Source: Armatimonadota bacterium (lineage in GTDB: Bacteria; Armatimonadota; SYMT01). From it: a stretch of 64,000 bases of DNA. Location of the stretch: NCBI GenBank assembly GCA_046292385.1, contig JBKBRF010000001.1, forward strand, positions 223,305-287,304. The letters run 5' to 3'. A model generated the notes under the pieces. The model was not told the origin of the DNA, ran no database searches, and saw only the letters and a list, made by a program, of their open reading frames with translations. A program made the translations under genes and the position numbers. Numbering within the stretch: position 1 is the stretch's first letter; every line of letters begins with the position of its first letter. Below, piece by piece: positions 8,258 to 17,553 of this stretch.

Positions 8258-10033
8258 ATGACCCAGATGATGCGACGCGATGTCGGCGAAGTGCTGCTGC
8301 AGGGGCGAGTGATTACCCCGGAGCAGCTCGCGCAGGCCCGGGAGATTTCCGAGAAGAAGGGGATCGCCCTGCCCGACGTGCTGCTCCAGCAAGGCATCGA
8401 GCCGTTCAAGCTCCTTCAGGCGAACGCGTTCCTTCACAACATGAAGGCGGTCGACCTGAAGCAGCACGCGCCGGAAGTGAGCGCCATCAACGTGGTCCCG
8501 CCGCACGTCGCGCGCCGCGCCCGGATGATTCCGGTTCGGAAGGTGAGCCAGAACGGCCAGGACGTGCTGGTCTGCGCCATCGCCGATCCGAACGACGTGA
8601 TGGCGCTGGACAACGTGCGGGATGCCTGCCGGCTGCGGGTACAGGCGGTACTGGCGCCGCCGGAGCAGATCGAAGAGCTGCTCGACCGGCACTATCCGGA
8701 GGGCGGCGGCGCGCCGGCCGCGGAAGCATCCAACGGCGGCGCCGGCGGCTCCACCAGCATCGCGGCCTCGGGCGCGAGCATCCTCGGCATGGTGAGCGAG
8801 TACACCCCGACCGGGGGCACGGATGACGACGCCGGCGGAAGCGACGATTCCGACGTGGTGCAGGGGCCGATCATCCGGATTGCCCACGCCATCATCCAGG
8901 AAGCGGTCAAGTCGGGCGCCTCGGACATCCATATCGAGCCGGCCGGCCGCAACCTCCGGGTCCGGTACCGCATCGACGGCGTGCTGCACGAGATCATGCA
9001 GATGCCGAAGTACATCCACCCGCCGCTCACCTCCCGCTTCAAGATCATGGCGGAGCTGAACATCGCGGAGCGCCGGATTCCCCAGGACGGTCGTATCGGC
9101 ATCAACTTCCAGAACAAGGACTACGACCTGCGCGTGAGCGTGCTTCCCACCCAGTACGGTGAGAAGATCGTCATGCGAATTCTGGACAAGTCGAGCGTGA
9201 TGCTCGGCCTGAACAAGCTCGGCTTCTTCCCGGATACCCTGGCCCAAATGGAGCGGCTGATCACCCAGCCGAACGGGATGTTCCTCTCCACCGGACCGAC
9301 CGGGGCGGGCAAGACGACCACCCAGTACTCCGTGCTGCACCGGATCAACTCGGTAGAGAAGAACATCAGCACGGTGGAAGACCCGGTCGAATACCAGCTT
9401 CCCGGCGTCAGCCAGGTGCAGGTCCACCGCAAGGCGGGTCTCACCTTCGCCACCGCGCTGCGCTCCCTGATGCGCCAGGACCCGGACATCATCATGGTGG
9501 GTGAAATCCGAGACCTGGAAACGGCGGAAATGGCGATCCAGGCGTCGCTGACGGGCCACCTGGTGCTCTCCACGCTGCACACCAACGACGCGCCCTCCGC
9601 CGTAACCCGACTGGTCGACATGGGCGTGGAGCCGTTCCTCGTCTCCGCCACCCTGATCGGCGCCAACGCCCAGCGCCTCGGCCGCCGCATCTGCGACCAG
9701 TGCAAGGACGACTACGAGATCGACGCGACCGAGCTGCTGCAGCTGGGCTACGAGCCGCAGCACGAGGGCGAGAAGGTGGTGCTCAAGCGCGGCCGCGGCT
9801 GCGACACCTGCAAGCACACCGGCTACAAGGGTCGTATCGGCATCTACGAGTTGATGGTGGTGAACGAAGAGATCTCCGACCTGATGGTCCGCCGCGCGCC
9901 GGTGACCGAGATCCGCAACGCCGCCCGCGCCAACGGGATGAAGACGCTGAAGGAAGACGGCTTGCGCAAGGTCCTCGCCGGCATCACCACGCCGGAAGAG
10001 GTGGCCCGCGTCGTCTTCACCGCCGGTCACTAA
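8258..10033 (+). CDS. pilB: Type IV pilus extension ATPase
   Basis: ASDIHIEP, ERRIPQDGR, GPTGAGKTT, EDPVEY, RQDPDIIMVGEIRD, TGHLVLSTLHTN, tetracysteine CDQC...CDTC. Confidence 0.95.
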   Translation: MTQMMRRDVGEVLLQGRVITPEQLAQAREISEKKGIALPDVLLQQGIEPFKLLQANAFLHNMKAVDLKQHAPEVSAINVVPPHVARRARMIPVRKVSQNGQDVLVCAIADPNDVMALDNVRDACRLRVQAVLAPPEQIEELLDRHYPEGGGAPAAEASNGGAGGSTSIAASGASILGMVSEYTPTGGTDDDAGGSDDSDVVQGPIIRIAHAIIQEAVKSGASDIHIEPAGRNLRVRYRIDGVLHEIMQMPKYIHPPLTSRFKIMAELNIAERRIPQDGRIGINFQNKDYDLRVSVLPTQYGEKIVMRILDKSSVMLGLNKLGFFPDTLAQMERLITQPNGMFLSTGPTGAGKTTTQYSVLHRINSVEKNISTVEDPVEYQLPGVSQVQVHRKAGLTFATALRSLMRQDPDIIMVGEIRDLETAEMAIQASLTGHLVLSTLHTNDAPSAVTRLVDMGVEPFLVSATLIGANAQRLGRRICDQCKDDYEIDATELLQLGYEPQHEGEKVVLKRGRGCDTCKHTGYKGRIGIYELMVVNEEISDLMVRRAPVTEIRNAARANGMKTLKEDGLRKVLAGITTPEEVARVVFTAGH

Positions 10034-10155
10034 CCGGCGGGAGCCGGGCCGGAGGCGGAGCCCGCCTCCGGCATTCGCGCGCTTGTCGCCTGGTCCTACT
10101 TTTCACGGCGCCGCGTGTGCTCGGCTGCCGAGCCCTTGCCGAAGGGAGCATCGAT

Positions 10156-11388
10156 TTGTCCGAAGTAACTCAAAACGCCACGTCCGCGACCTACACGGCA
10201 CCGACGCCCCCGCGTCCCAATAAGCCGAAGCCGCTGGACGAAGCCCATATCGACGACCTGCTCCGCCTGGTGGTGGAGTGGAAGGGATCCGACCTGCACC
10301 TCACGGTCGGCGTGCCGCCGATCATCCGCGCGGACGGAAAGCTGCAGCCGGCGCCGTACGAGCGGGTAACGCCGCAGGACACGCAGCGGATGTGCTACGA
10401 CATCCTCTCGGACGAGCAGATCCAGCGGTTCGAGAGCACCCTGGAGCTCGACTTCTCCTACCAGGTGCCCCGGGTCGCGCGCTTCCGCGTGAACCTCTAC
10501 AAAGAGCGCGGTAACCTGGCGGCGGCGCTCCGGGTGATCCCGCAGCAGATCCCCACCATGGAAGAGCTGGGGCTCCCGGCGGTGCTCAAGGAGCTCTGCC
10601 ACAAGCCCCGCGGCCTGGTGCTGGTGACCGGCCCGACCGGCTCCGGAAAGTCGACCACCCTCGCCGCGATGATCAACCAGATCAACTCGGAGCGCGCGGA
10701 GCACATCCTCACGATCGAAGACCCGATCGAGTACATCCACCCGCACAAGTACAGCGTGGTGGGCCAGCGCGAGCTGGGGATGGATACTAAGAGCTTCTCC
10801 GCCGCGCTGAAGTCGGCGCTCCGCGAAGATCCGGACGTGATCCTCGTGGGTGAAATGCGAGACCTCGAGACGATGCAGCTCGCGGTGACCGCCGCGGAAA
10901 CCGGCCACCTCGTCTTCGCGACCCTGCACACCAACAGCGCCGCGCAGACGGTCGACCGCATCGTCGACGTCTTCCCGCCCGGGCAGCAGGAGCAGATCCG
11001 CATCCAGCTCTCCAACAACCTGGAAGGCGTGGTGACGCAGCAGCTCCTCCGCCGGGCGAACCAGCCGGGGCGCGTCTGCGCGATGGAGATCATGACCGCC
11101 TCCCCCGCGATCCGGAACCTGATCCGCGAAGGGAAGTCGCACCAGATCAACTCGATGATCCAGATCAGCAACGGCATGGGCATGCAGACGATGGACCAGT
11201 GCCTGCGCGATCTCTACGCGAAGGGGGTCATCACTTACGACGACGCGATTACCCGCGCCATGCAGCCGGACGAGCTGAAGAAGATGATCAGCGGCGGCGC
11301 GGCCGGCGGGCCGGGCGGCCCCGGTGGCCCGGGTGCGCCGGGCGGCCCCGGCGGCCGGCCCGGTCAGGGCCAGGGAACCGGCCGGTGA
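10156..11388 (+). CDS. pilT: Type IV pilus retraction ATPase
   Basis: GSDLHL, RFRVN, GPTGSGKSTT, ALREDPD, ETGHLVFATLHTNSA, AIRNLIRE, GMQTMD; TTG start at 10156 after a GGGAG RBS; Gly/Pro tail. Confidence 0.95.
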   Translation: MSEVTQNATSATYTAPTPPRPNKPKPLDEAHIDDLLRLVVEWKGSDLHLTVGVPPIIRADGKLQPAPYERVTPQDTQRMCYDILSDEQIQRFESTLELDFSYQVPRVARFRVNLYKERGNLAAALRVIPQQIPTMEELGLPAVLKELCHKPRGLVLVTGPTGSGKSTTLAAMINQINSERAEHILTIEDPIEYIHPHKYSVVGQRELGMDTKSFSAALKSALREDPDVILVGEMRDLETMQLAVTAAETGHLVFATLHTNSAAQTVDRIVDVFPPGQQEQIRIQLSNNLEGVVTQQLLRRANQPGRVCAMEIMTASPAIRNLIREGKSHQINSMIQISNGMGMQTMDQCLRDLYAKGVITYDDAITRAMQPDELKKMISGGAAGGPGGPGGPGAPGGPGGRPGQGQGTGR

Positions 11389-11401
11389 TCAGGACCGTCT
11401 A
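11374..11401 (+). promoter_or_regulatory. ECF-sigma-like promoter GGAAC-N17-CGTCTA upstream of pilC
   Basis: GGAAC at 11374-11378 and CGTCTA at 11396-11401, overlapping the pilT stop. Confidence 0.6.
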
Positions 11402-11496
11402 AGCCAGGGTAGCAGTTGCACTACCGGGGCGGCGCACTCCGCGCGATGCCGTCCCGTCCACTCTCCCCCGGCGCCGAGAGAGCAGGAAGCAGGGCG

Positions 11497-12774
11497 ATGC
11501 CAACTTTTCAGTACACAGTCCGCGATCAGGCCGGCAAGGTGACCACCGGCGTCAAGGAGGCCGACAGCCAGGCCGTCCTGGCCCGGCAGCTCCGCGAGCA
11601 GGGCTTCACCGTTGCCAAGATCAAGCAGACCAGGGCGGCGGCCAAGGGCGCAGTGGCCGGTCAGCCCGCCAAGGGCACCGGCGGCGGCGTGAAGCTGGCG
11701 GACCTCTCCGTCTTCTGCCGCCAGTTCTCCACGATGGTCGACGCCGGCGTCTCGCTGGTGCGGTGCCTCAACGTGCTGCAGGAGCAGGCGACCAACCCGA
11801 AGCTGAAGCGGATCACCGCCGACATCCAGGCGGAGGTGGAGGCGGGGAACTCGCTCTCCAAGGCGATGTCGAAGTACCCCCGCGTCTTCAACAACCTCTT
11901 CATCGGTCTGGTGCGCGCGGGAGAAGTGGGCGGTGTGCTGGAAGAGAGCCTCCAGCGTCTCGCGCACTTCCTGGAGAAGGACCTCGAGCTTCGCCGCAAG
12001 GTGAAGGCGGCGATGACCTATCCCACCATCGTCGTCTTCGTGGCGCTGGCGATCGTGCTCGGTCTCTGCACCTTCATCGTGCCCAAGTTCTTCGATCTCT
12101 TCAAAGAGCTGGGGCTGAAGGAAGACACGTTCCCGGTGATGACGCTGTGGCTGAAGCAGTTCAGCGACTTCCTCATCATGGGCTTCCCCGGACGCCAGAT
12201 CATCACGCTGCTGGTGGTGACCGGCCTGGTGATCGGGTTCAAGATGTTCATCCGGACCCGGTTCGGAAAGCGGCTCTACGACCGGTTCAAGCTGAAGGCG
12301 CCGGTCTTCGGCAAGCTGAATCACAAGATCGCGCTCGCCCGCTTCTCGCGGACGCTCTCCACGCTGCTCACCTCCGGCGTGCCGATCCTCCAGGCGATGG
12401 AGACGGTGGCCGGCGCGGTCGACAACGAGATCATCTCGGACGCCGTGATGCACGCCCGGGCCCGCATCCGGGAAGGAGACCGCATCGGGCCGCCGCTGCA
12501 AAAGAGCCGCCTCTTCCCGCCGATGGTGGTGCAGATGATCAGCATCGGCGAGGAGTCCGGGGCGCTCGACAACATGCTGACCAAGGTGGCGGAGTTCTAC
12601 GAAGCCGAAGTGGATGCGGCGCTGGACAGCTTGACCGCGGCGATCGAGCCGGTGCTTATCGTGTTCCTCGGCTTCTGCGTCGGCTTCATCGTCATCGCGA
12701 TGTTCCTGCCGATGGTGAACCTGATCCAGGGCCTGTCGGGCGGTGAAGGTGACGGCGACGGTGGTGGTGAGTAA
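11497..12774 (+). CDS. pilC: Type IV pilus platform protein (GspF/PilC family)
   Basis: MPTFQY, FCRQFSTMVDAGV, GEVGGVLEESL, AAMTYP, ARFSRTLSTLLTSGVPI, IGEESGALD, IEPVLIV, AMFLP. Confidence 0.95.
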   Translation: MPTFQYTVRDQAGKVTTGVKEADSQAVLARQLREQGFTVAKIKQTRAAAKGAVAGQPAKGTGGGVKLADLSVFCRQFSTMVDAGVSLVRCLNVLQEQATNPKLKRITADIQAEVEAGNSLSKAMSKYPRVFNNLFIGLVRAGEVGGVLEESLQRLAHFLEKDLELRRKVKAAMTYPTIVVFVALAIVLGLCTFIVPKFFDLFKELGLKEDTFPVMTLWLKQFSDFLIMGFPGRQIITLLVVTGLVIGFKMFIRTRFGKRLYDRFKLKAPVFGKLNHKIALARFSRTLSTLLTSGVPILQAMETVAGAVDNEIISDAVMHARARIREGDRIGPPLQKSRLFPPMVVQMISIGEESGALDNMLTKVAEFYEAEVDAALDSLTAAIEPVLIVFLGFCVGFIVIAMFLPMVNLIQGLSGGEGDGDGGGE

Positions 12775-12795
12775 CGCTGCGGAAGTCTCGCCTGA

Positions 12796-14145
12796 ATGAC
12801 GTTCGACTTCTGGACCGCTTACTGGACGTTCACGTCCTTCGTCTTCGGGGCAATCGTAGGGAGCTTTCTTAACGTCTGCATCCTGCGGTTGCCCCGCGGC
12901 GAGTCTCCCTGGGGCCCGCCCTCCCACTGTCCCCAGTGCCAGCACCGGCTGCGCGTGCTGCCGGACATGGTGCCGATCCTGAGCCAGCTCTGGTACCGCT
13001 CCCGGTGCCGGTACTGCGGATCGCCCTTCTCCTGGCGCTACCTCTGGATCGAGCTGCTCACCGGCCTCGCCTTCGTCGCCGTCTACTTACGGTACGGCGT
13101 CTTCGGCAACGAGATGCTCTCCGAAGAGGCGCGCGGGTGGTCCGCCGCCGCGACGATGCTCTATGTCGCCGCGCTGATCGCCATCTTCTTCATCGACCTG
13201 GAGCACTACGAGATCCCGGATATCGCCGTGCTGGCGGCGTTCGTCTGCGCCTTCGCGCGCGACGTGATGCTGATCATGGCGAACCAGCGGCCGCTCTGGC
13301 AGACGATCCCCGGCACCGAGTGGAAGATTCCGCTCCCGCTCTCCATCTTCTGGGGACTGGTGGCGTTCTGGATGCTCTGGCAGTTCGCCACGCTCATGAC
13401 CGCCATGCTCGGCCGGGAGGCGATGGGCGCGGGCGATTCGCTGCTCCTCGGCGCCATGGGCGCGTTCCTGATCCCGTGGCCGCTGCTGGTGCTGGCCTTC
13501 CTGGCCGCGGTAGCGCTGGGAACCGTCGGCGGCCTGATCGGCATGGGCTTCGCGGCGCGGGACGAGCAGCGCGCGGAAGCGGCGCCGCCGGCCGCCGACC
13601 CGCTCGCCGCGGCGGAATCTCCTCCGGGCGGTCCGGTCGCGGCCGAGCAGGCGCAAACCAGTGCGACCGAGCCGGAGCACGCCGCCGCCGGCCCGATCAG
13701 CGAGCGAGCGAGCCGCGGCGCGGCAGGAATCCCGTCCGGCGATGCAGAAACGCCAGCGGTGCCGGAGCTGCCGCCCTCCAGCCGGTGGGGCCGGCTCTGG
13801 ACCGTCGCGGGCACCTGGCTGGCGGTCTTCGGACTCTGGGGCGCGGCGGTGCAGGCGCGCCACAGCCTGCCGCTGGGACTGGCCCTCGGGCTCGGGGCCG
13901 TGCTGGCCGCGGCGGCGCTGATCTACTTCGGCGCCCGGCAGTGGGTGGCGGGGGACCGGGAGTGGCTGCCGGCGATGGACGAGTTGTTCGAGGGGGATCC
14001 GGGGCCGCGGTTCATCCCGTTCGGGCCTTACCTGGTGGCCGGTACGTTCCTGGCGATGATGTTCGGGCGGGCGGTGGTGGAATGGTACGCGCAGTCGCAG
14101 CTCGGCATCCCGCCGCAAGAGCTCGCCGGAATGGGCTGGTACTGA
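12796..14145 (+). CDS. pilD: Prepilin peptidase/N-methyltransferase with an internal insertion
   Basis: GSFLNVCILRLP, SHCPQC...RCRYC, IDLEHYEIPD, AMGAGD, IPFGPYL. Confidence 0.9.
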   Translation: MTFDFWTAYWTFTSFVFGAIVGSFLNVCILRLPRGESPWGPPSHCPQCQHRLRVLPDMVPILSQLWYRSRCRYCGSPFSWRYLWIELLTGLAFVAVYLRYGVFGNEMLSEEARGWSAAATMLYVAALIAIFFIDLEHYEIPDIAVLAAFVCAFARDVMLIMANQRPLWQTIPGTEWKIPLPLSIFWGLVAFWMLWQFATLMTAMLGREAMGAGDSLLLGAMGAFLIPWPLLVLAFLAAVALGTVGGLIGMGFAARDEQRAEAAPPAADPLAAAESPPGGPVAAEQAQTSATEPEHAAAGPISERASRGAAGIPSGDAETPAVPELPPSSRWGRLWTVAGTWLAVFGLWGAAVQARHSLPLGLALGLGAVLAAAALIYFGARQWVAGDREWLPAMDELFEGDPGPRFIPFGPYLVAGTFLAMMFGRAVVEWYAQSQLGIPPQELAGMGWY

Positions 14146-14306
14146 GCGGCGCTGGCACGCGCCCGGCCCCGGTTTACGTATCCGCTATGGTCCTCTGATT
14201 TCCCGGCGTCACTCCGGCCCCGCGGCTCGAGCCGCCCCGGCTCACCCGCGCTGCACGCGCGTATCGCGGTCCGGTGCGATCCGGCGCGCACGCTGGAAAG
14301 CCACGG

Positions 14307-14341
14307 CCCTGCAGGAACATTGCAGGGACGGTAATCGTCTT
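14307..14341 (+). promoter_or_regulatory. ECF-like promoter GGAAC-N17-CGTCT overlapped by an inverted repeat CCCTGCA-N7-TGCAGGG
   Basis: GGAAC at 14314-14318 and CGTC at 14336-14339; palindrome arms at 14307-14313 and 14321-14327. Confidence 0.6.
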
Positions 14342-14372
14342 GCTACATGACTTTTCCCACGGAGGAACTCCG

Positions 14373-15122
14373 ATGAACGCCCGTGCCTTCGGGAGCCGCC
14401 GCCGCAGCGGTTTCACCCTGATCGAGCTGCTCACGGTCATCGCCATCATCGCTATCCTGGCCGCGCTCCTGTTCCCCGTCTTCGCCGGCATGGGCCGCAA
14501 GATGCGAGAGACGCAGTGTCAGAACAACCTGAAGGCGATCGTGCAGGCGATGAACGTCTATAAGGAAGACCACGGCGTCTATCCGGATGCCCTCTACGGG
14601 GTCGGTTACACCAATGGACTGGAGCTGCGCCTGGCGAAGCAGGTCAAGGATCCGGGCATCTTCACCTGCCCGGAGCATCCGCAGCAGTTCAAGCAGAGTG
14701 ACACGCTGGTGCCGGCGATCAATCCGATGACCGGCCAGCCGGCGACCGATCGCTACAACCGGCCGATGCTCTTCCCGCAGCGGAGCAGCTACGACATCCA
14801 GTACCGCCCGAACCAGGCGAGCGGCACGGCGATCCTGAACTACAACCTGAAGTGGACCGGTTGGGCGCAGAACCAGACCGGCGCGGGCGACCAGCCGCGT
14901 CAGCTCGCCTACAAGAACCCGCCGGACAACACGGTGGTGGCGATCTGTCTCAACCACGCCAAGCCCGGCGCGGCGGTGAACGGCGTTTTCCCGGTCGGCA
15001 AGGGGGAGATGGCGATCGTGGCGTTCCTGAACGGCCGCGTGCAGAAGATCCCGGCGGAGCAGGTCAACAACTGGACCGGCCAGGGCCAGCCGTATCCGTG
15101 GCTGGTGATGCCGAAGCCGTAG
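14373..15122 (+). CDS. Type IV prepilin, DUF1559-like (249 aa)
   Basis: RRRSG|FTLIELLTVIAIIAILAALLFPVF...CQNNLKAI..AM..Y..D; C-terminal AFLNGRV; GGAGG RBS. Confidence 0.85.
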   Translation: MNARAFGSRRRSGFTLIELLTVIAIIAILAALLFPVFAGMGRKMRETQCQNNLKAIVQAMNVYKEDHGVYPDALYGVGYTNGLELRLAKQVKDPGIFTCPEHPQQFKQSDTLVPAINPMTGQPATDRYNRPMLFPQRSSYDIQYRPNQASGTAILNYNLKWTGWAQNQTGAGDQPRQLAYKNPPDNTVVAICLNHAKPGAAVNGVFPVGKGEMAIVAFLNGRVQKIPAEQVNNWTGQGQPYPWLVMPKP

Positions 15123-15247
15123 GCCGCGTCATTCGGATCCCGGCGCCGGCCGCGCCGCCGGGCGGCGCAGCACCTCACGCTGGAGGGCCTCCCCAGTCCG
15201 GAAGGGCGTGCGTCAGAGAGAGTCCGCGTGTTAAGGACGGGTGTGTG

Positions 15248-17431
15248 ATGGCAGAACTCCGAAAGTCAACCGGTGAGAGGACCCCCTGGACGCTCCGCGG
15301 GGGCCGTCGCGGTACCTCGCTGGTCGAGATCCTGGTGGTGCTGGTGATCCTGATCGTCGGGATCTTCGCCGTCACGCGGCTCTTCCCGGAAGGGATGCTC
15401 AGCCTCGGCTACTCCGGCAACTTAACGCTGGCGAACGCGCTGGTGCAGAAGAACGAAGACTTCCACGCCAGCCACCGCACCAACGTGCCGGAAGGGATGG
15501 TCGGCATCGACCCGGACACCGGGCTGATCCGCACCCAGATCACGCCGGCCGACATCCGCAGCGAGCGGCCCTATCTGGACACGCCGGTGACCAGCGCCAC
15601 CGGTACGCCGCCGAACGACCCGCGCCACTCCGGCGTGAACCAGGTGCGCCGGGTCATCGGCGAGCGGCTGATGCTGCCGCCTCCCTCCCAGTTCCCGGAC
15701 CCGCGCCTGGGGCTCGGCTCGGAGAATGTCTGCCTCTACCGGCCGCTCTACACGCCGATCTACTCCCTGAACGCGATGCCCGGCAGCAGCCTGGGGGTCC
15801 AGGCCTACAGCGGCACGCCGTTCCGGCGGGTGGTGATCGCCAAGGAGCCGCAGACGGTGGAGGAGTGGCAGGCGTTCTACACGCTGCTCGATCCGTACAC
15901 CTACGCCGTCGACTACGACAACGCGAAGCTCTACTTCCTGGCGACCGGCTACGAGCGCCGCTTCAAGATCCGTGGCAACCTCCGCGCGCAGCTCCAGAAC
16001 GGGCGGTACCTGAGCACGGAGATGCACCCGAACAATACGGTGTACCTCCCTGCCGGCCGGGACGCCGACGACCCGACCGATCCGCGGGGGATCATCCAGC
16101 GGTTCGACCTGCGCGTCACGCAGCCGGGGTTCGAGCGCCTGCCGCTGCCGGGCGACCTGGTGGCGGACGACCAGGGCAATCCCGCCACGGTGGCGGAGGA
16201 GGGGATGCTCGATCCGGAGACCGAGTTCCTCTACCGGTACTTCACGCCGCTGCTGACGAACCAGCCGTTCAGCGCCACGATCGACTCCGACCCTTACCAG
16301 TTCAAGGTCTACGACCCGGTCTTCGGCCTCCTCGGCTTCAACCCCCGGGTGGCGTCGGTACCGCGGCACCAGGGCGGCGGCGCCCAGCTGGTAAAGGTCG
16401 ACTACGACGTGGACGACTGGCAGATCCTGCGCGAGGAGCTGGTGGTGCCGACCGAGCTCGTCAACCGCGACGAGCCGAATGCGCAGGCCCAGTTCCACAG
16501 CGTCAAGCTGGCGATCTCCGGGCTCAAGAAGATCGGCGACATGGAAGAGACGATCAACTTCGTCGCCAACAGCGCCTCCGACACCTTCGAGCACCAGGGC
16601 CTGGTCCGACACTACCCGCCGTCGCAGCGCACGGGCGCCCCCGCGCGGCCGGGAACGGGGGCCGGCTCCACCCTGCTGGGCGCGCAGAACCAGTCCGGCG
16701 TCGACCTGGTGCTGGTCGACCTGGAGACGGGGCTGCAGATCGACAGCCGCACGCTGCAGCGGCCCGGCACCAACCCGGACCCGAACGTGAGCAACCTGAA
16801 CGGCGAGATCGACTATGCCAACGGAGTGATCCACCTGCGGCCGACGGTGCAGCTCAGGCTGCCGTTCGCGCTCCAGGGCGGCAACGCCTCGCTGCAGGTG
16901 CCGGCCGGCGGTCGCCGCTTCCGGATCCACTACCGCAGCTCGAGCGACTTCGCCGTTGCGTCGATGAAGCCGTACTCCAACTACGGAACCTTCGGCTTCC
17001 ACCCGAATGACGCGCCGAACCGCCTGCCGACCTTCAAGGAATACCAGCCGTACCCGTACGGCTTCGTGCTCTTCTTCAATACCGACGCCGACAAGACAGT
17101 GGCGGTCGACTACCAGTGGACGCACCGGCTCTCCGGCGAGGTGCGGATGGAGGTGGGAGAGCTGCACCAGATCCAGTCGCCGACGGCCCTTTACCCGCCC
17201 GGCCCGCCGCCGAACAACTGCGGTGGCGGGAGGCCGCAGAGCTACTGGGTGCGGGTGCGGCACTCGGACCCGCAGGCGTGCGAGCCGAGCGATCCAAACT
17301 TCGATCCGGACGTGCTGCCGGGGAGTGTCCGGGTCATCGGCGTGCGCGGAGCCTCGTTCCACACCTGGGTGGAGTGGCGCGATCTGAACCGCTTCCGGCG
17401 GCTGCAGCGCTCCACCATCCTCGGCGGATAG
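15248..17431 (+). CDS. Giant PilV-like prepilin (727 aa)
   Basis: RRG|TSLVEILVVLVILIVGIFAV class III signal with Glu5; first of three tandem giant prepilins. Confidence 0.7.
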   Translation: MAELRKSTGERTPWTLRGGRRGTSLVEILVVLVILIVGIFAVTRLFPEGMLSLGYSGNLTLANALVQKNEDFHASHRTNVPEGMVGIDPDTGLIRTQITPADIRSERPYLDTPVTSATGTPPNDPRHSGVNQVRRVIGERLMLPPPSQFPDPRLGLGSENVCLYRPLYTPIYSLNAMPGSSLGVQAYSGTPFRRVVIAKEPQTVEEWQAFYTLLDPYTYAVDYDNAKLYFLATGYERRFKIRGNLRAQLQNGRYLSTEMHPNNTVYLPAGRDADDPTDPRGIIQRFDLRVTQPGFERLPLPGDLVADDQGNPATVAEEGMLDPETEFLYRYFTPLLTNQPFSATIDSDPYQFKVYDPVFGLLGFNPRVASVPRHQGGGAQLVKVDYDVDDWQILREELVVPTELVNRDEPNAQAQFHSVKLAISGLKKIGDMEETINFVANSASDTFEHQGLVRHYPPSQRTGAPARPGTGAGSTLLGAQNQSGVDLVLVDLETGLQIDSRTLQRPGTNPDPNVSNLNGEIDYANGVIHLRPTVQLRLPFALQGGNASLQVPAGGRRFRIHYRSSSDFAVASMKPYSNYGTFGFHPNDAPNRLPTFKEYQPYPYGFVLFFNTDADKTVAVDYQWTHRLSGEVRMEVGELHQIQSPTALYPPGPPPNNCGGGRPQSYWVRVRHSDPQACEPSDPNFDPDVLPGSVRVIGVRGASFHTWVEWRDLNRFRRLQRSTILGG

Positions 17432-17553
17432 CGGGCGCCGGGAACCGATGCGACGACTTGCAACGTGATTGGGTCTGCGGGATACCCCGCGAGTCCGCGG
17501 CGGCCAGGCATGGCCCGGGCGCCCGGCTCCGGCCCGAGAAGTAGGGGACGTTG

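Noticed and set aside
9700..10155. N-terminal extension of pilT in the ORF track (likewise ribD from 48904 and the PilV-like gene from 14852)
   Set aside because: These overlap upstream genes in another frame; downstream starts have an RBS or stop/start coupling and family-typical N-termini.
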